Positions 1 to 10,562 of a stretch of DNA of 64,000 nt are shown here, in pieces. The stretch comes from Candidatus Thorarchaeota archaeon (GTDB lineage: Archaea > Asgardarchaeota > Thorarchaeia > Thorarchaeales > Thorarchaeaceae). The translations under genes were made by a program, and so were the position numbers. Under the pieces are notes generated by a model, which saw nothing but the letters and a program-made list of their open reading frames with translations, was not told the DNA's origin and did no database searches. How positions within the stretch are numbered: the stretch's first letter is position 1; every line of letters starts with the position of its first letter. The DNA is taken from positions 1 to 64,000 of the forward strand of contig CAVSBO010000008.1 of the NCBI GenBank assembly GCA_963726195.1, given 5' to 3'.

Positions 1-78
1 ATGTGCTGGGCATTTTCGAGTTTCCTAACAATGGCCATCGCCTTGACCTGCCCATATAAGCATGATGGTGACTTCTAA

Positions 79-1450
79 GTGAATTCCAGGTGGGATGTCT
101 GCCGAGGAAAGATACTCGTTCGGTCGGTTCTGAGCGATGATAGTTCGTATGACGTTATTAACCGAAATCAAGACGCAGGTACATGGTGGTAGGCGGCCTC
201 GGTCAACTGGGGTATGCTCAACAAGACGAGCCTACTCTTGTGTGGACCCGCTCCGGATGGTCTAGGCCATGGCTGCGCTTCGCTGTGCGGATTATCGGGC
301 TATTTGGAAACAACAAGTCGAACGTCAGCCCGAGCGGGAAGCCGTACGGACGACGGAATGTAACTGAGTGGAATTAACCTAGACACAGTTCGCGGCTGCT
401 CCTTCGCCGCGGTCCACGGTTTTCGGGGGTGTTATGGCAATTGCTACCTCGCAGAGAGTATGGCAAGATACCACATGAACTACTGGATTCCTGTGTCAAT
501 GAGGCTGAATGCCAGTCTACTCGTAAGAGACATAGAGTCTATCAAGTCTGACTATGTGAGAAACGGCGTCAACGGCGAACCCTCATTTGATTGGGAACTA
601 ACCACTTGTGTTGCCGAACTTTGCGATACCTGCGACAAGGCAACTGTTCTTCTGACACGATTCGGAGTTGAGCCTTCGGTTCAGGTCCTTGAAAGGCTTG
701 CGAGAATAGATTGTGTCATTCATGGTTCGGCGAGCGCGATAGACCCTGCAAAACATCGAGACCGTGTCCTCGACAACCTTGAACGTTACGAAGTCGTTGG
801 CGGTCATTCGGTCAGAAGAGTCATTACAGCTTGGTTCAACGATGAGCAGTCCTCACTCTGGGATACCCAAGACGAACTGATGTCCATGGACAAGGCATTC
901 GAGCAGCCTCTCAGGATTCGAGGCAAGAGCCCCATCAACGACCTGCTCGATCTTGCGCACTATGCCCCGACCTTCTCTAACACTGATGGTCGCCTCACTA
1001 ATCGGTGGAAGAGTGCTGGCGACATTGGGTACAGCTGTCGTGGGTGCTACTCTCACTGCTACGAATGTTCCAATCAGTGCATGAGCAAGGCTTGCTATTG
1101 GGGGGACGAGTAGTGGAAACCCTCTCTCGTCGAGACCGAAGTTCCCGAAGTCCCGAGGTCTGTCTTTGCCCAGAGGGTCAAGAAGTGGATTGACACCAAG
1201 GAGAGAAGGTTCCGCTCTCGCCCTATGGAGATTCACGGCAACTCGAAGAATCAGGCAAACACACTGGAGAGTGTGTACGGATGCAGGGGAGGGAAGACGA
1301 ACAAGGGCCACGGGTGCTGGTGGGGGTGCTATGCCAAGTTCATCTGCAAAAGACTGCCAGTGGACTTTGACGAGCCGGTTCCTCAAATTCTGGATGAAGT
1401 GACACTATGGCCTCAGCTTCGAAGGGCGAAACAGTCTTGGGTTCGAATCT
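79..1450 (+). pseudogene. Disrupted gene with two tandem radical-SAM-like (Cx10Cx3CY) domains; frameshifts near 190 and 360, in-frame TAG at 1111-1113, truncated at about 1450
   Basis: TATA-like CATATAAG (53) and GGTGA precede GTG79. The frame of ORF 460-1113 is open from 364 and reads NLDTVRGCSFAAVHGFRGCYGNCYLA...VRNGVNGEPS. The same frame continues past TAG1111 into TLESVYGCRGGKTNKGHGCWWGCYAK...SWVRI. Confidence 0.6.
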
Positions 1451-1594
1451 GGAGTAGTATTCTCTGTCACGCCACTGATCTGCGCTTACAATCTGAACCT
1501 TTGAGGGCATCTCCAGACTTCTTCTGATTTGCTCCGCAAGGGTTGTCTTTCCAGAAACAGGAAGTCCGCACAGTGCAAGCAGGAATTTCGTCAT
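1440..1594 (-). pseudogene. N-terminal fragment of a P-loop kinase (PSTK/KTI12/AAA_33-like)
   Basis: LLALCGLPVSGKTTLA Walker A and IVSADQWR (DxxR). After about 50 aa the ORF runs into the antisense of the radical-SAM-like gene. Confidence 0.65.
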
Positions 1595-1764
1595 CTGACA
1601 GCTCCTCTTGACTTAGCCGGCAAACTCTGAAGATAGGCGAACTCCGAATTGGCTAGGTCAATGAATACCGGAGTTGCTACGTTAGCGCACGCCCAGAGTG
1701 CCTATCGAGGAAAGAGAACAACAAAGCGCTATGTGCTCTGGTCGCCTTTCTTTGCAACGGGAAA

Positions 1765-3320
1765 ATGTGTGTGTACACAGAAAGACAGTGTGGCCGGTCG
1801 CAGCAGGTCTTCGCGACAAGCATCGGTACCACCTTGAACCTTACAGGTATATTTCAGTCAGGACATACATACTTTGTCCAGCTGAGCCTCTTCTATGGAG
1901 ACATCACGATATACCGTAACGTGACTATGACGCAGGCAGTAATGACTTTGAACTTTGACTTGACGCAATATGCCAACAAGCGGATTACAGGATACAAAGC
2001 CGTGGGGCACACCAGCATGCGCTGCGGTGATTATGGTGGTGATAGAAACTACGTACCCGTCTATACACCCGAACCCGGAGTAGTAGTCTATGATGGTGCT
2101 AACCCTGATGCTTGTAGTTCAGTGCCCATGCTGCAGGTTTTTGTATTCAATACCAACCCGGTGCTGATTCCAAAAGGAGACATTGTGTTTCTGATGACGA
2201 ACCTTGTCACCTATGACTATACCTACCTGAAGATCACTTACGACATGACATACTGGAACGCCTACTGGGCGAAGGCGCAAGCAGCGGGAGCCAAGGATTT
2301 ATGGGCCAGGGCTCTTCAGTTCCTACTTGGCTTGTGCTTGGTCATTGGAGCAGTCTTAGCGACTGCGTGCACAGGAGGAGGCGGACTTGCGGTAGGTCTC
2401 CCGATGGCAGTCTTTGGAATAGACAACATGTACCAAGCTGTGACAGGCCGGTCCCTGATAGATATGGCCCTCACGTGGGCACTCTTCAATATAGCAGTCG
2501 CACTGGATGCGATGTCGCATACATGCTTGAGCCGGGCTTCAGCTTCTTCGACTTCACCAGCGATGCAACATGGAATGCAGTGTTAACGGCCCTAACTTAC
2601 ATGGCGGTAGGTGCAGGTCTGGGACTTCTCGGCGGAGCAATAGGCACAGCAATAGGAGGTGGAGTGACAGAGGCCGCCGAGGAAGTCAGCTCCGACTCTC
2701 CAACAGATGATGTCGACGAGCACCAGCACACTGGTGCGGTTCACATTGGTGCAAATCGGTTGGAAGGTAGGTAAGTTTGCACTGGAGCTTCTTCTAGGAT
2801 CGGCCACGATGCGTATGATGGCACTTTCCTACGCCGAAGGCGGGCGAGAGAGCGCGGACTGGTGGAGCATTGGATTCAGTGTTGGTATGCTTGCAGCGGT
2901 CCTAATCGGTTCGGCTGTCCGTCTCACAAGGGGCGCACCTGAGGCAAGTTCGCCAATCAAGGTCAGAGACCCGGCTGGCGGCCTACATACAGTGTTTGCG
3001 CAAGAGATTGAACCGAACATGGAACATTCTTCTGGAGCGCTACCAAGAACGGATATGCCATATATGAGAAAGAAGGTGGTGCAATTCAGTTACAGGCAAT
3101 GGCTGACAAGGAAGGTGTGCCCGTTGCGATTGCGGACCATATCAATCCTGATATGGTGAACATGCTCTTTGGGAACGCTCGCGGAATGTTTGGCTTCAGT
3201 CCGCCAACTCTCCCGCTAAGATTCCAAGTGGCGGCCTTGGCGGCCATGGGAGCTAACTCAATGATTGGACTAATGGCCCTACTATTGCTCCTGCTTCCAA
3301 ATACATCTTCGTCCTCTTGA
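1765..3320 (+). pseudogene. Frameshifted large protein: beta-rich N-part followed by Gly/Ala-rich hydrophobic helices (toxin-like or membrane-inserting C-terminal region)
   Basis: Overlapping ORFs 1765-2586, 2301-2774, 2707-3159 and 3099-3320 join into one reading. The unbroken copy at 3939-4239 confirms the join near 3070. Confidence 0.55.
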
Positions 3321-3450
3321 GGCGTGAATCTGATGTCGCAAAGCACTCGGTCCCGTTCAGACCTCAATGTGAGGTAGTTCCTTATTAGAGCATGATTGGA
3401 GTAGAAACATAATGAACGAATCCCCGGTTAAGAGATTTCTCGAGAAGATA
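3021..3450 (+). repeat. Diverged direct repeat, copy 1 (copy 2 at 3939-4370)
   Basis: Shared blocks CTCTGGAGCGCTACCAAGAACGGATA-like, AACGCTCGCGGAATGTTTGGCTTCAGTCCG and CATGATTGGAGTAGAA at an offset of about 918 nt. Confidence 0.95.
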
Positions 3451-3555
3451 TGAAAGAGAACGTATGACCGGGGAAGGAAGTTGCGCCCGACACACAAGGT
3501 ATTTACCTGCGTTTGCAAACGAAAGGTCTCAAGATGAAACGGAGGAGGCGGAATC

Positions 3556-3804
3556 ATGTCTCATGATAGTTACCCACCAGCACAAGTAGGGTCGGCAGTC
3601 GGGCTCTCGGCATCTGGGTCTGACTGCATGTCCTTTATGTTCTTCCTCGCCATTGTCATGGGGGCGATTACAGTTTACTGTGCTACTAGTACGGACGAGT
3701 CTCGTTCGGTTTTGACCCCGTTCGTTGCGGCAGCCTGCCTGTTTTTCGCAGCATGCGGTGCCCTGATGCTATACGTCAAAATCAGAAGGATAAGGCGCCA
3801 TTAA
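3556..3804 (+). CDS. Small two-TM membrane protein, hypothetical
   Basis: GGAGG RBS upstream; two hydrophobic helices; basic C-tail KIRRIRRH. Confidence 0.7.
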   Translation: MSHDSYPPAQVGSAVGLSASGSDCMSFMFFLAIVMGAITVYCATSTDESRSVLTPFVAAACLFFAACGALMLYVKIRRIRRH

Positions 3805-3938
3805 TGACGCCTGTCAGGCAAAGGCACAGGGAGCAGGGGCTAGGGACGTCCAAGCCCGGTCCCTCCAGTTCCTCCTAGGCCTGCGCGTGGTCCTTAGCCC
3901 TACATGACGCGTTCGGGGAACAAGTCGAGAACGACCAA

Positions 3939-4370
3939 GGAACATGCCTCTGGAGCGCTACCAAGAACGGATACGCCATATGCGAGAAGAGATGGTAAGG
4001 TGATTCAGTTGCGGGCAATGGTTTACAAGGAGGGGGTGGCCGTTGCGATTGCAGACCCTTTCAGTCCTGGCATGTGGAACATGCTCGTTGGAAACGCTCG
4101 CGGAATGTTTGGCTTCAGTCCGTCAAGTCCGGCGCTGAGATTCCAAGTAGCAAGCCTAGCGGCTATGGAATCCAACCAAATAGTCGGGCTAATGGCTCTA
4201 CTACTGCTGCTGTTTCCAAACAAGCGTTCGTCTGCTTGATGTGGGTAGCTTGTGTTGCGCAGGTACGCGGCATCGCTGGGGTTTCAATATGAGGCAGGTC
4301 TTTGTTGGAACATGATTGGAGTAGAACCGTGATGAGTGAGTTTCCGGGCAAGGGATTTCCCGAGGAAGCA
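3939..4370 (+). repeat. Diverged direct repeat, copy 2; encodes an orphan C-terminal fragment (ORF 3904-4239)
   Basis: EHASGALPRTD...GNARGMFGFSP...LRFQVA...GLMALLLLLFPN aligns with copy 1. Confidence 0.9.
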
Positions 4371-4604
4371 GCAGGCGAGCCGCCTGTATGGAGATATGCC
4401 GGAACCAGAGAACAAGAAGGAGGAGGACATGACCGCCCCGAAGAGCTCCGCTCGCTGCACTCGCTTTGCGTAGTGTGTCGCACACTACGAGTCGGGAGTA
4501 ACCGGCGACTGGTCTTCCTCGGGTCTTTCGATATAAACATAGTGCAAGTCAGCCAGAGAATTGCGGAGCAAGTGAGGTGCCCGGAGGATTCTATTCGGCC
4601 AGCT

Positions 4605-5123
4605 CTACCTAATCTTGCGGTTCACAAAACTAGCGATGATTGCAGTGATTATGGCAGCAGAGTTCACTGCTAGTGGGTATGTGTAAAGCGAGTCGACGAA
4701 CGCGAATGTCGCCATCCAAGAAGGCAAATTGGCAGAATCGGATATTCCAAACGGTAGGAAGTAGAGCATCAAGAAGATTGAAGTCATCAACGCGACGGCC
4801 ACAAACGCTGGCATATCCCGCGTCGATCTTGCAAACTCGGAAAGCCTGTTGATCCAGTTCAACTCTGTGCGCTGGCGCTTCCTCACTTTCCTCTTAGAGA
4901 CGATGTTAGCCCAGCGATACATGGCTTCGGCCATCAGGATGTATGAACCCGCAAGGACTGTCATGGCTCCGAGAGCGACGATGAATTGGAGTTCAGCACT
5001 GAGGACCTCAGCGTAGGCCTGTGCGTGCCATATGACCGGCACTTGGGCTAGTCCCGCGATTCCAAGGAACATCAGTATCAGGCCTGGCTTGTTGCCACGT
5101 TTCCACCAAACTGCTAGGCTCAT
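4605..5123 (-). CDS. Hypothetical 4-TM membrane protein
   Basis: 172-aa ORF with four hydrophobic segments and a basic cytoplasmic loop. Confidence 0.75.
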   Translation of the reverse strand: MSLAVWWKRGNKPGLILMFLGIAGLAQVPVIWHAQAYAEVLSAELQFIVALGAMTVLAGSYILMAEAMYRWANIVSKRKVRKRQRTELNWINRLSEFARSTRDMPAFVAVALMTSIFLMLYFLPFGISDSANLPSWMATFAFVDSLYTYPLAVNSAAIITAIIASFVNRKIR

Positions 5124-5215
5124 ATTCTTCGACCCGGTGCTTGAGTAGGTGGGTTCCGCAACCCGATGCCCACTTTAAGCTTTTGGAGCAACGGGGAAGC
5201 ACGAAGGGCCTTTGG

Positions 5216-5800
5216 CTACTTCTTGATCCCTTCTATATGGAACCAATGTCCATTGTCATCCTTGTTCGTGATTTGGAAACCGGTCCGTTCCACAATGTTG
5301 CTGATCTTGTCCACGGTCTGACCCTGATTTCCCTTCACACCATAGCCCGTTTGATAGACACTTCCGTCTGGCAGAGTGTAGCGCAGCTTCAGTACGAATC
5401 TTGATTCATGACAAACTATCTTGCTCGACATTATTGAAAAAGACCCCTTTCTCCTTAATACCCGGAAAACCTCTTGCATGACTGCCCGTTTCATCTTCCA
5501 GTCCGCCATATAATCGAGTGAGAACCACATCGTGGCGGTCTCGAAGACTGCTGAGCGAAAGGGCAGAGACTCTCCGTTGCAAGCAAGCCACTGTGGGGAG
5601 GGCTCATAGATTTGAGCCTCTCTGATTTCATTCATGTTGATATCGACTGCACAGACTCTGGAGCCCTCTATTCTGGATACGATTCCCTCTCCTCCTCCCC
5701 CTACGTCCAAGACAAGCCCTGTGCCTCCTAGTCTCCTGAAACTGATTTCCTGAAGCGGCGTTTCGGACGTAGAGTATTCTGCTCTCGATGGTCCGGGCAT
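5216..5800 (-). CDS. Class I SAM-dependent methyltransferase
   Basis: VLDVGGGGEG motif I, VDIN, LPF. Start moved to ATG5800 because the longer ORF overlaps tRNA-Ala. Confidence 0.8.
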   Translation of the reverse strand: MPGPSRAEYSTSETPLQEISFRRLGGTGLVLDVGGGGEGIVSRIEGSRVCAVDINMNEIREAQIYEPSPQWLACNGESLPFRSAVFETATMWFSLDYMADWKMKRAVMQEVFRVLRRKGSFSIMSSKIVCHESRFVLKLRYTLPDGSVYQTGYGVKGNQGQTVDKISNIVERTGFQITNKDDNGHWFHIEGIKK

Positions 5801-5865
5801 AATGACAGGATGTGACGGAACTGGTTGAATATTACTGGTTCGGTTCCCTGAGTATGCCTCAAGAA

Positions 5866-5941
5866 TGGTGGACCGATCGAGATTTGAACTCGAGACCTCT
5901 TCCATGCCAAGGAAGCGATTTACCAACTGATCTATCGGCCC
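5866..5941 (-). tRNA. tRNA-Ala(GGC), CCA encoded
   Basis: GGGCCGA...TCGGTCC-A-CCA acceptor with G3:U70; anticodon arm CTTCC-TTGGCAT-GGAAG; T-loop GTTCAAAT. Confidence 0.97.
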
Positions 5942-5951
5942 ACACTAATCT

Positions 5952-6140
5952 CTATTTGCGCACTCGAACTCCATAAACATTCTTGTGGGCCCAGTTGTAA
6001 TTTCGAATTCTCTTTGATGCTCCAAAGCCGCAAGCTGCACATCTATGGTGCGTGATGTGATAGGACCTTCTACCACACCGCCTGCACCTTATGTGGTGAG
6101 GGTTGTTGGCTTTTCCTTTTGATGGTGTGCCTTTTGTCAT
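5952..6140 (-). CDS. rpl37e: 50S ribosomal protein L37e
   Basis: MTKGTPS...[13 protein letters not shown]...CAACGFG. Confidence 0.97.
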   Translation of the reverse strand: MTKGTPSKGKANNPHHIRCRRCGRRSYHITHHRCAACGFGASKRIRNYNWAHKNVYGVRVRK

Positions 6141-6145
6141 GGCAT

Positions 6146-6433
6146 CTACTCCCCTTCAGAGTTTGGCTGCGGAGCACCCGGAGGCGGCGATATGATGACC
6201 ACATTGTCACCTCTGACAATCACAGTTTCGATTCGTTCGACCGACTCTGCGTTGGTTTCCGGGTCCACACCCATCTCATCTGCATCTTCGAGGATGAGGT
6301 TCAAGTGCTGGTCGAATCCTCGCAGTCGACCCTTTATCTTCTTTCGCGCCTTGAGCTCGACTAGCACCTGTCCGCCAATCGATCTCTGAAGCAGCTCTGT
6401 GGGTCTACTTGCGTTCACTAGGATCACCGACAT
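6146..6433 (-). CDS. Sm-like archaeal protein (SmAP/Lsm)
   Basis: Sm1 [14 protein letters not shown], Sm2 IVRGDNVV; adjacent to L37e as usual in archaea. Confidence 0.95.
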   Translation of the reverse strand: MSVILVNASRPTELLQRSIGGQVLVELKARKKIKGRLRGFDQHLNLILEDADEMGVDPETNAESVERIETVIVRGDNVVIISPPPGAPQPNSEGE

Positions 6434-6596
6434 AGAATAGGAGTCACTTAGGCCTAGGCTAGCGACTTTTGAGCCATTCTCCGGGCTCCACTTAAAAACA
6501 TGACGATGGAAGCTTGGAAAAGTCCGGCGTGCATACTAGGAAACCAGTTGTTCTCTGTCACAGCATTCAAAAGGAGCCTTTCAAGACAAATGCACA

Positions 6597-7109
6597 ATGC
6601 CGAAGATTGAACGTTTCAAGACACGACACCTTCTAAGAAAGAGGGAACAGAAGGAAGAGCTCGACCGAATTGAGCGGCAGCTGAGAGCCAAGGTGACGGG
6701 GCTCGGCCCTGATACCCAGTTCGAGGAGGGTATTACAGACGATGGCTCTCGAGTGCTCTTGCTAGGCGGCACGATTGTCTTCTTCGAGTTAGAGGGAAAG
6801 CTATTTCCAACTCTTCGTGCCCTGTTAGATGGAATCGTCAGCATACCCAAAATCGTGGTGGACATGGGTGCAGTGAAGTACGTAACCAACGGGGCAGATA
6901 TCATGCGGCCCGGAATAAGAAGTGTCGACGAAGGCATAATGGAAGGGTCAGTTGTTGCAGTGGTTGACGAGCGTCACGGAAAGCCTCTAGCAATCGGTGT
7001 GTCGACGATGAGTTCGGATGGATTGCGTGCGGCAACGGGTGGCAAGGTGGTAATCTCAAAGCACCACATAGGAGATGACCTGTGGGAATTTGGGAAACGC
7101 GTGGAATAG
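6597..7109 (+). CDS. PUA-domain RNA-binding protein (Tma20/MCT-1-like)
   Basis: VVDMGAVKYVTNGADIMRPGI...HHIGDDLW. Confidence 0.9.
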   Translation: MPKIERFKTRHLLRKREQKEELDRIERQLRAKVTGLGPDTQFEEGITDDGSRVLLLGGTIVFFELEGKLFPTLRALLDGIVSIPKIVVDMGAVKYVTNGADIMRPGIRSVDEGIMEGSVVAVVDERHGKPLAIGVSTMSSDGLRAATGGKVVISKHHIGDDLWEFGKRVE

Positions 7110-7178
7110 ACCTAGCCGATAATACTCGGGCTTTTCTTTTGACCGTCTTATTCAGGCCGTGACGTTGAGGTGAACTGA

Positions 7179-7579
7179 GTGCGGATTTCCATCAGACGGA
7201 AGGAATACTCTGAGGGCTCACCTGACGGTCTTTCATCCGAGAGACATCACTCCCATCTGGGTATCTTTTCACCAATCTCTACTCCGTCTGACGCAGAGCT
7301 TCCCCGGACTGTAAGAGACTTTCCGAGCTGGATGCCGTGTACATCAGATCAAAGCGATTGGAGTCTTTGGACGATGTTCCATTTGTTGTGAATGAGATTC
7401 GCGAGGGCACAATCGTCCTGCTTGACATTTCCAGACTGAATGATGGCAAGGAGAAGGGCTACTTGGAACTCAAGCGCATCATTGAACGAATTCGCGGCGA
7501 AACCCGCAGTTTTGGAGCTGACATAGCGCTCGTCAATGACAGCTGCGTAATTGTAGCTCCATCGTTCGTGAGGCTCTGA
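7179..7579 (+). CDS. sepF: Cell division protein SepF; probable frameshift near 7290-7320, or start at GTG7337
   Basis: YIRSKRLESLDDV...EIREGTIVLLDI...LKRIIERIR...GADIA...VIVAP; GAGGTGA RBS before GTG7179. Confidence 0.75.
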
Positions 7580-7671
7580 GATTGCGCAGAACTGATTAAT
7601 CGTCTCTCGGTTGTAAGCCGACATGACGCTAGATCACTTGGATATTCGTTCTGCCATTCGGTGAGTGAATC

Positions 7672-9592
7672 CTACCTCAGCTTTGCACTTTCAGTCACAG
7701 TGAGAGATTTCGTTTCGATATTCAGGGCCTTGTGGATCGTGGATGCAAGGTTCATACACTTTGAGGCCTCACCATGGCAGGTCAATATCATCTCGGGTAT
7801 CGGGCTCACTCTCTTTACGAAGCTCAGAATCTGTTTTCTGTCTGAGTGACCTGAGAAGCCCTCTACGGTCTCGACCTGCAAGTTCACCGGGACCACGGTC
7901 ACATTACCTTCCCGATTGCGCATCTGTATTTCCTTCCATCCTTTCTGGACCCTGCGTCCGAGCGTTCCCTCGCCTTGGTAGCTGACGAAAACGACCGAAT
8001 TCTTGGTATCCGGCGCAAGCAGTCTGAAGTAGTCAACACTGGGACCACCTGCAAGCATGCCTGAGGTGGCCATGATTACGCAGGGCTCACCGGCGACAAT
8101 CTGTTCTCTCTGGTCGGGATTGTCCACCTGGGTGAATATATCGTTCAGGAATGGGTTCACGCCCTGATGAAATATCTTCTCGCGTATCTTCTTGCTAAGC
8201 GCTTCAGGATGGGTGGTGTGTATAGCGGTTGCCTGAGCTATCATCCCCTCGATGTAGACTGGGACCTTTGGGATGCGACTCGATGTTACGAGGTCCTCGA
8301 GGACTAGCATGATTTCCTGCGCACGGCCAACTGCTAGCACAGGAATGAGCACCTTGCCCCCTCTCTCGATTGTTCTCTTTATCACTAACGCGAACTTCCG
8401 TTCAACTTCTTGCCTTGGCGGCATCTTGTCAGTGGGGTGACCGTAAGTGCTCTCTATAATGAGAGTCTCCAATCTCGGGAAGGTGAATGTTGCTGGTTCC
8501 AGGAGTCTTGTTCTTCCGAACTTGAAGTCACCAGTGTACGCGAGATTGTATTGTCCTTCTCCAACGTGAAGATGCACGATTGCGGATCCGAGAATATGGC
8601 CCGCATTGTGCAGCGTAAGTCTCACATCAGGAGCTATGTCAGTGACCTCACCATAATCCAGAGGTATCGTATGGATTATGCCTTCCTTCACATCTCTGTC
8701 TCTGTAAGGCCTCAACTTTCCTTCTCGTTCAGCGACTTCCAGATAATCAAGCTGGAGTAGCGTCGACAAGTTCAGCGTTGGCGCTGTCATGTAAACGGGA
8801 CCCCTGTATCCGTACTTGAAGAGAAACGGAACCATCCCGCAGTGGTCGAGGTGTGCATGGCTCACTATGACTGCATCGAGTTTGTCTATGTCAAGCTCCG
8901 GCATATCGAGACGCGGGAATGCCCTGTCGGGAGCTCCAACATTCACACCACATTCCAGAAGAATGTTGGTTTCGCTTGTCTGCAGCAACATGCATTGTCT
9001 GCCTACCTCGCGGAAACCGCCTAGAGCCGTCAGTCTTATCCAACCATTATCAATGAGCATCGGGCGATGAATTCTTCTGCCAATCTCACGGAATATCTTG
9101 TTGCGGGTCGCAGCTTCGGACTGCACTATGTAACGAATTTGCTTGATTAGCTTGCTTTCCATTGGGGGTGTCCGCATCACGCTGGGCCGCCAGAATGTCT
9201 GTCGTGTAATCTCCCTGAGAGTTATTCCATTTCTTCCAATCACAAGGCCGGGTTTCTGTGCTTCGATAACCACTTCGCCGCGTGAATCGTCGAAATCAAT
9301 CGAAGTGATTTCCGCGTCTGTGGGCACGAGTTCGCGCACCGACTTCTCAGCGTCTTCATGTGGCAGGCGGACTTCGGGAGCTGACCTTACCACAATCCGC
9401 TTTCTCATCTTGCGTGCCAGCGCCTTTATTCTGTCGCCGTCGTCAAGCAATATCTTGGGAGCTTTCGAATAAATCGCTATCTCTGGCCCCTCATACTCCA
9501 CTGAGCTGAATAGCCGCTGAACGAGGCAGGGATTTCATGATTGCCTCTCTGACATCGGCGTATTGCTTCTCCTCTTCATTCTCAGAATTCAT
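7672..9592 (-). CDS. fttA: Beta-CASP ribonuclease aCPSF1/FttA (KH domains + MBL); frameshift near 9505
   Basis: EYEGPEIAIY, KPGLVIG, HAHLDH, AGHILGS, FSGHSD. The N-terminus MNSENEEEKQYADVREAI lies in another frame from ATG9592. Confidence 0.95.
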
Positions 9593-9715
9593 CCAGAGTC
9601 ACTTCTCTGTCGTAGGTCTGTTGTATGACGAATCTGGCCTGTCGTTTGTTCAATGCCCTCTACGGGCTGGTTCAAGTGCGGCCCACTTCGTGGACCACGA
9701 GCAGGGTAAAACCCA

Positions 9716-10354
9716 TCACGGCTTCTTCCAGATCTTCAGTATCTCATCCTTGGGCACTTCTTGGTAGCCGTCCTTGTCAATCACGCTCACGAGGATTGAG
9801 TTCCCGGTTGCAGCGTCTCTCTCCATTGCAGTTGCAATGGCTCGCACAGCAAGCTCGATGGCCTTTTTCTTTGGAAGACTATCTTCGTATTCGGATTCTA
9901 GCACACCGAGTGCGACCGGAGAACCTGATCCAGTTGCGGTGAACTTGTCTGGCAGGACAGACCCAACATAGTCCGTATAGAAGACCTGCGCCCCTTCGTC
10001 GTCATAGCCTCCTACAAGGCACTGCAGCATATAGCTACCTCGCGCTTGGAACATAATATTGCTTAGAAGGCGTGTCAAAGACTTGACCCGCATCGGTCTG
10101 CCTCTCTGAATCTCAAATAGCTTGGATTCAGCTCTCAAGAGATCCATCATCTGTTGGGCATCTCCAACAGAGCCAGCGATGGTCGCTCCGATACGGTCGG
10201 TAATCTTGTAGATTTTCTGTGCCGTTTTGTTGGCTATGAGCATTCCCATCGTTGCTCTCTGGTCGCTTGCCAAGACCACGCAGTCCTTTGCGATCAGGCC
10301 GACTGTCGTTGTTCCAGTCTTCAACTCATTTGGTAGTTGTGTCTGATGTTCCAT
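9716..10354 (-). CDS. psmB: Proteasome beta subunit
   Basis: KTGTTTVGL propeptide/Thr1, DQRAT, TGSGSPVA. Start ATG10354 is likely (ORF open to 10405). Confidence 0.96.
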   Translation of the reverse strand: MEHQTQLPNELKTGTTTVGLIAKDCVVLASDQRATMGMLIANKTAQKIYKITDRIGATIAGSVGDAQQMMDLLRAESKLFEIQRGRPMRVKSLTRLLSNIMFQARGSYMLQCLVGGYDDEGAQVFYTDYVGSVLPDKFTATGSGSPVALGVLESEYEDSLPKKKAIELAVRAIATAMERDAATGNSILVSVIDKDGYQEVPKDEILKIWKKP

Positions 10355-10562
10355 CGTGGAATAACTCCCTGTAGGCGAGGTTGAGCCTTGTAGAACTAGC
10401 GACATGTGCCCGGTCTTTCCTTACCATTAAAAAGTTTGCCTTATGGTGGAGCTTCTAGTTCCATTCCACCCTGTACGGAGAGAGCCGTGAGGGGTTTCTC
10501 TTAGAAGGTATATCGCGAACTCAGAAGCCTGATGCGAATCTCCTCTATGGCCGGGAAGAAAC

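Noticed and set aside
1-38. Start of a minus-strand gene (MAIVRKLENAQH...)
   Set aside because: Only 12 codons are visible; it cannot be supported.
1111-1113. Pyrrolysine readthrough of the in-frame TAG
   Set aside because: TAG terminates many core genes here, no pyl genes are in the window, and the same gene has other disruptions.
1439-1450. GGTTCGAATC as a tRNA-derived att site
   Set aside because: No cloverleaf; it does not match the 3' end of either tRNA in the window and has the wrong orientation relative to tRNA-Ala.
5801-5926. N-terminal extension of the methyltransferase ORF
   Set aside because: It overlaps tRNA-Ala on the same strand; ORF-caller artefact.
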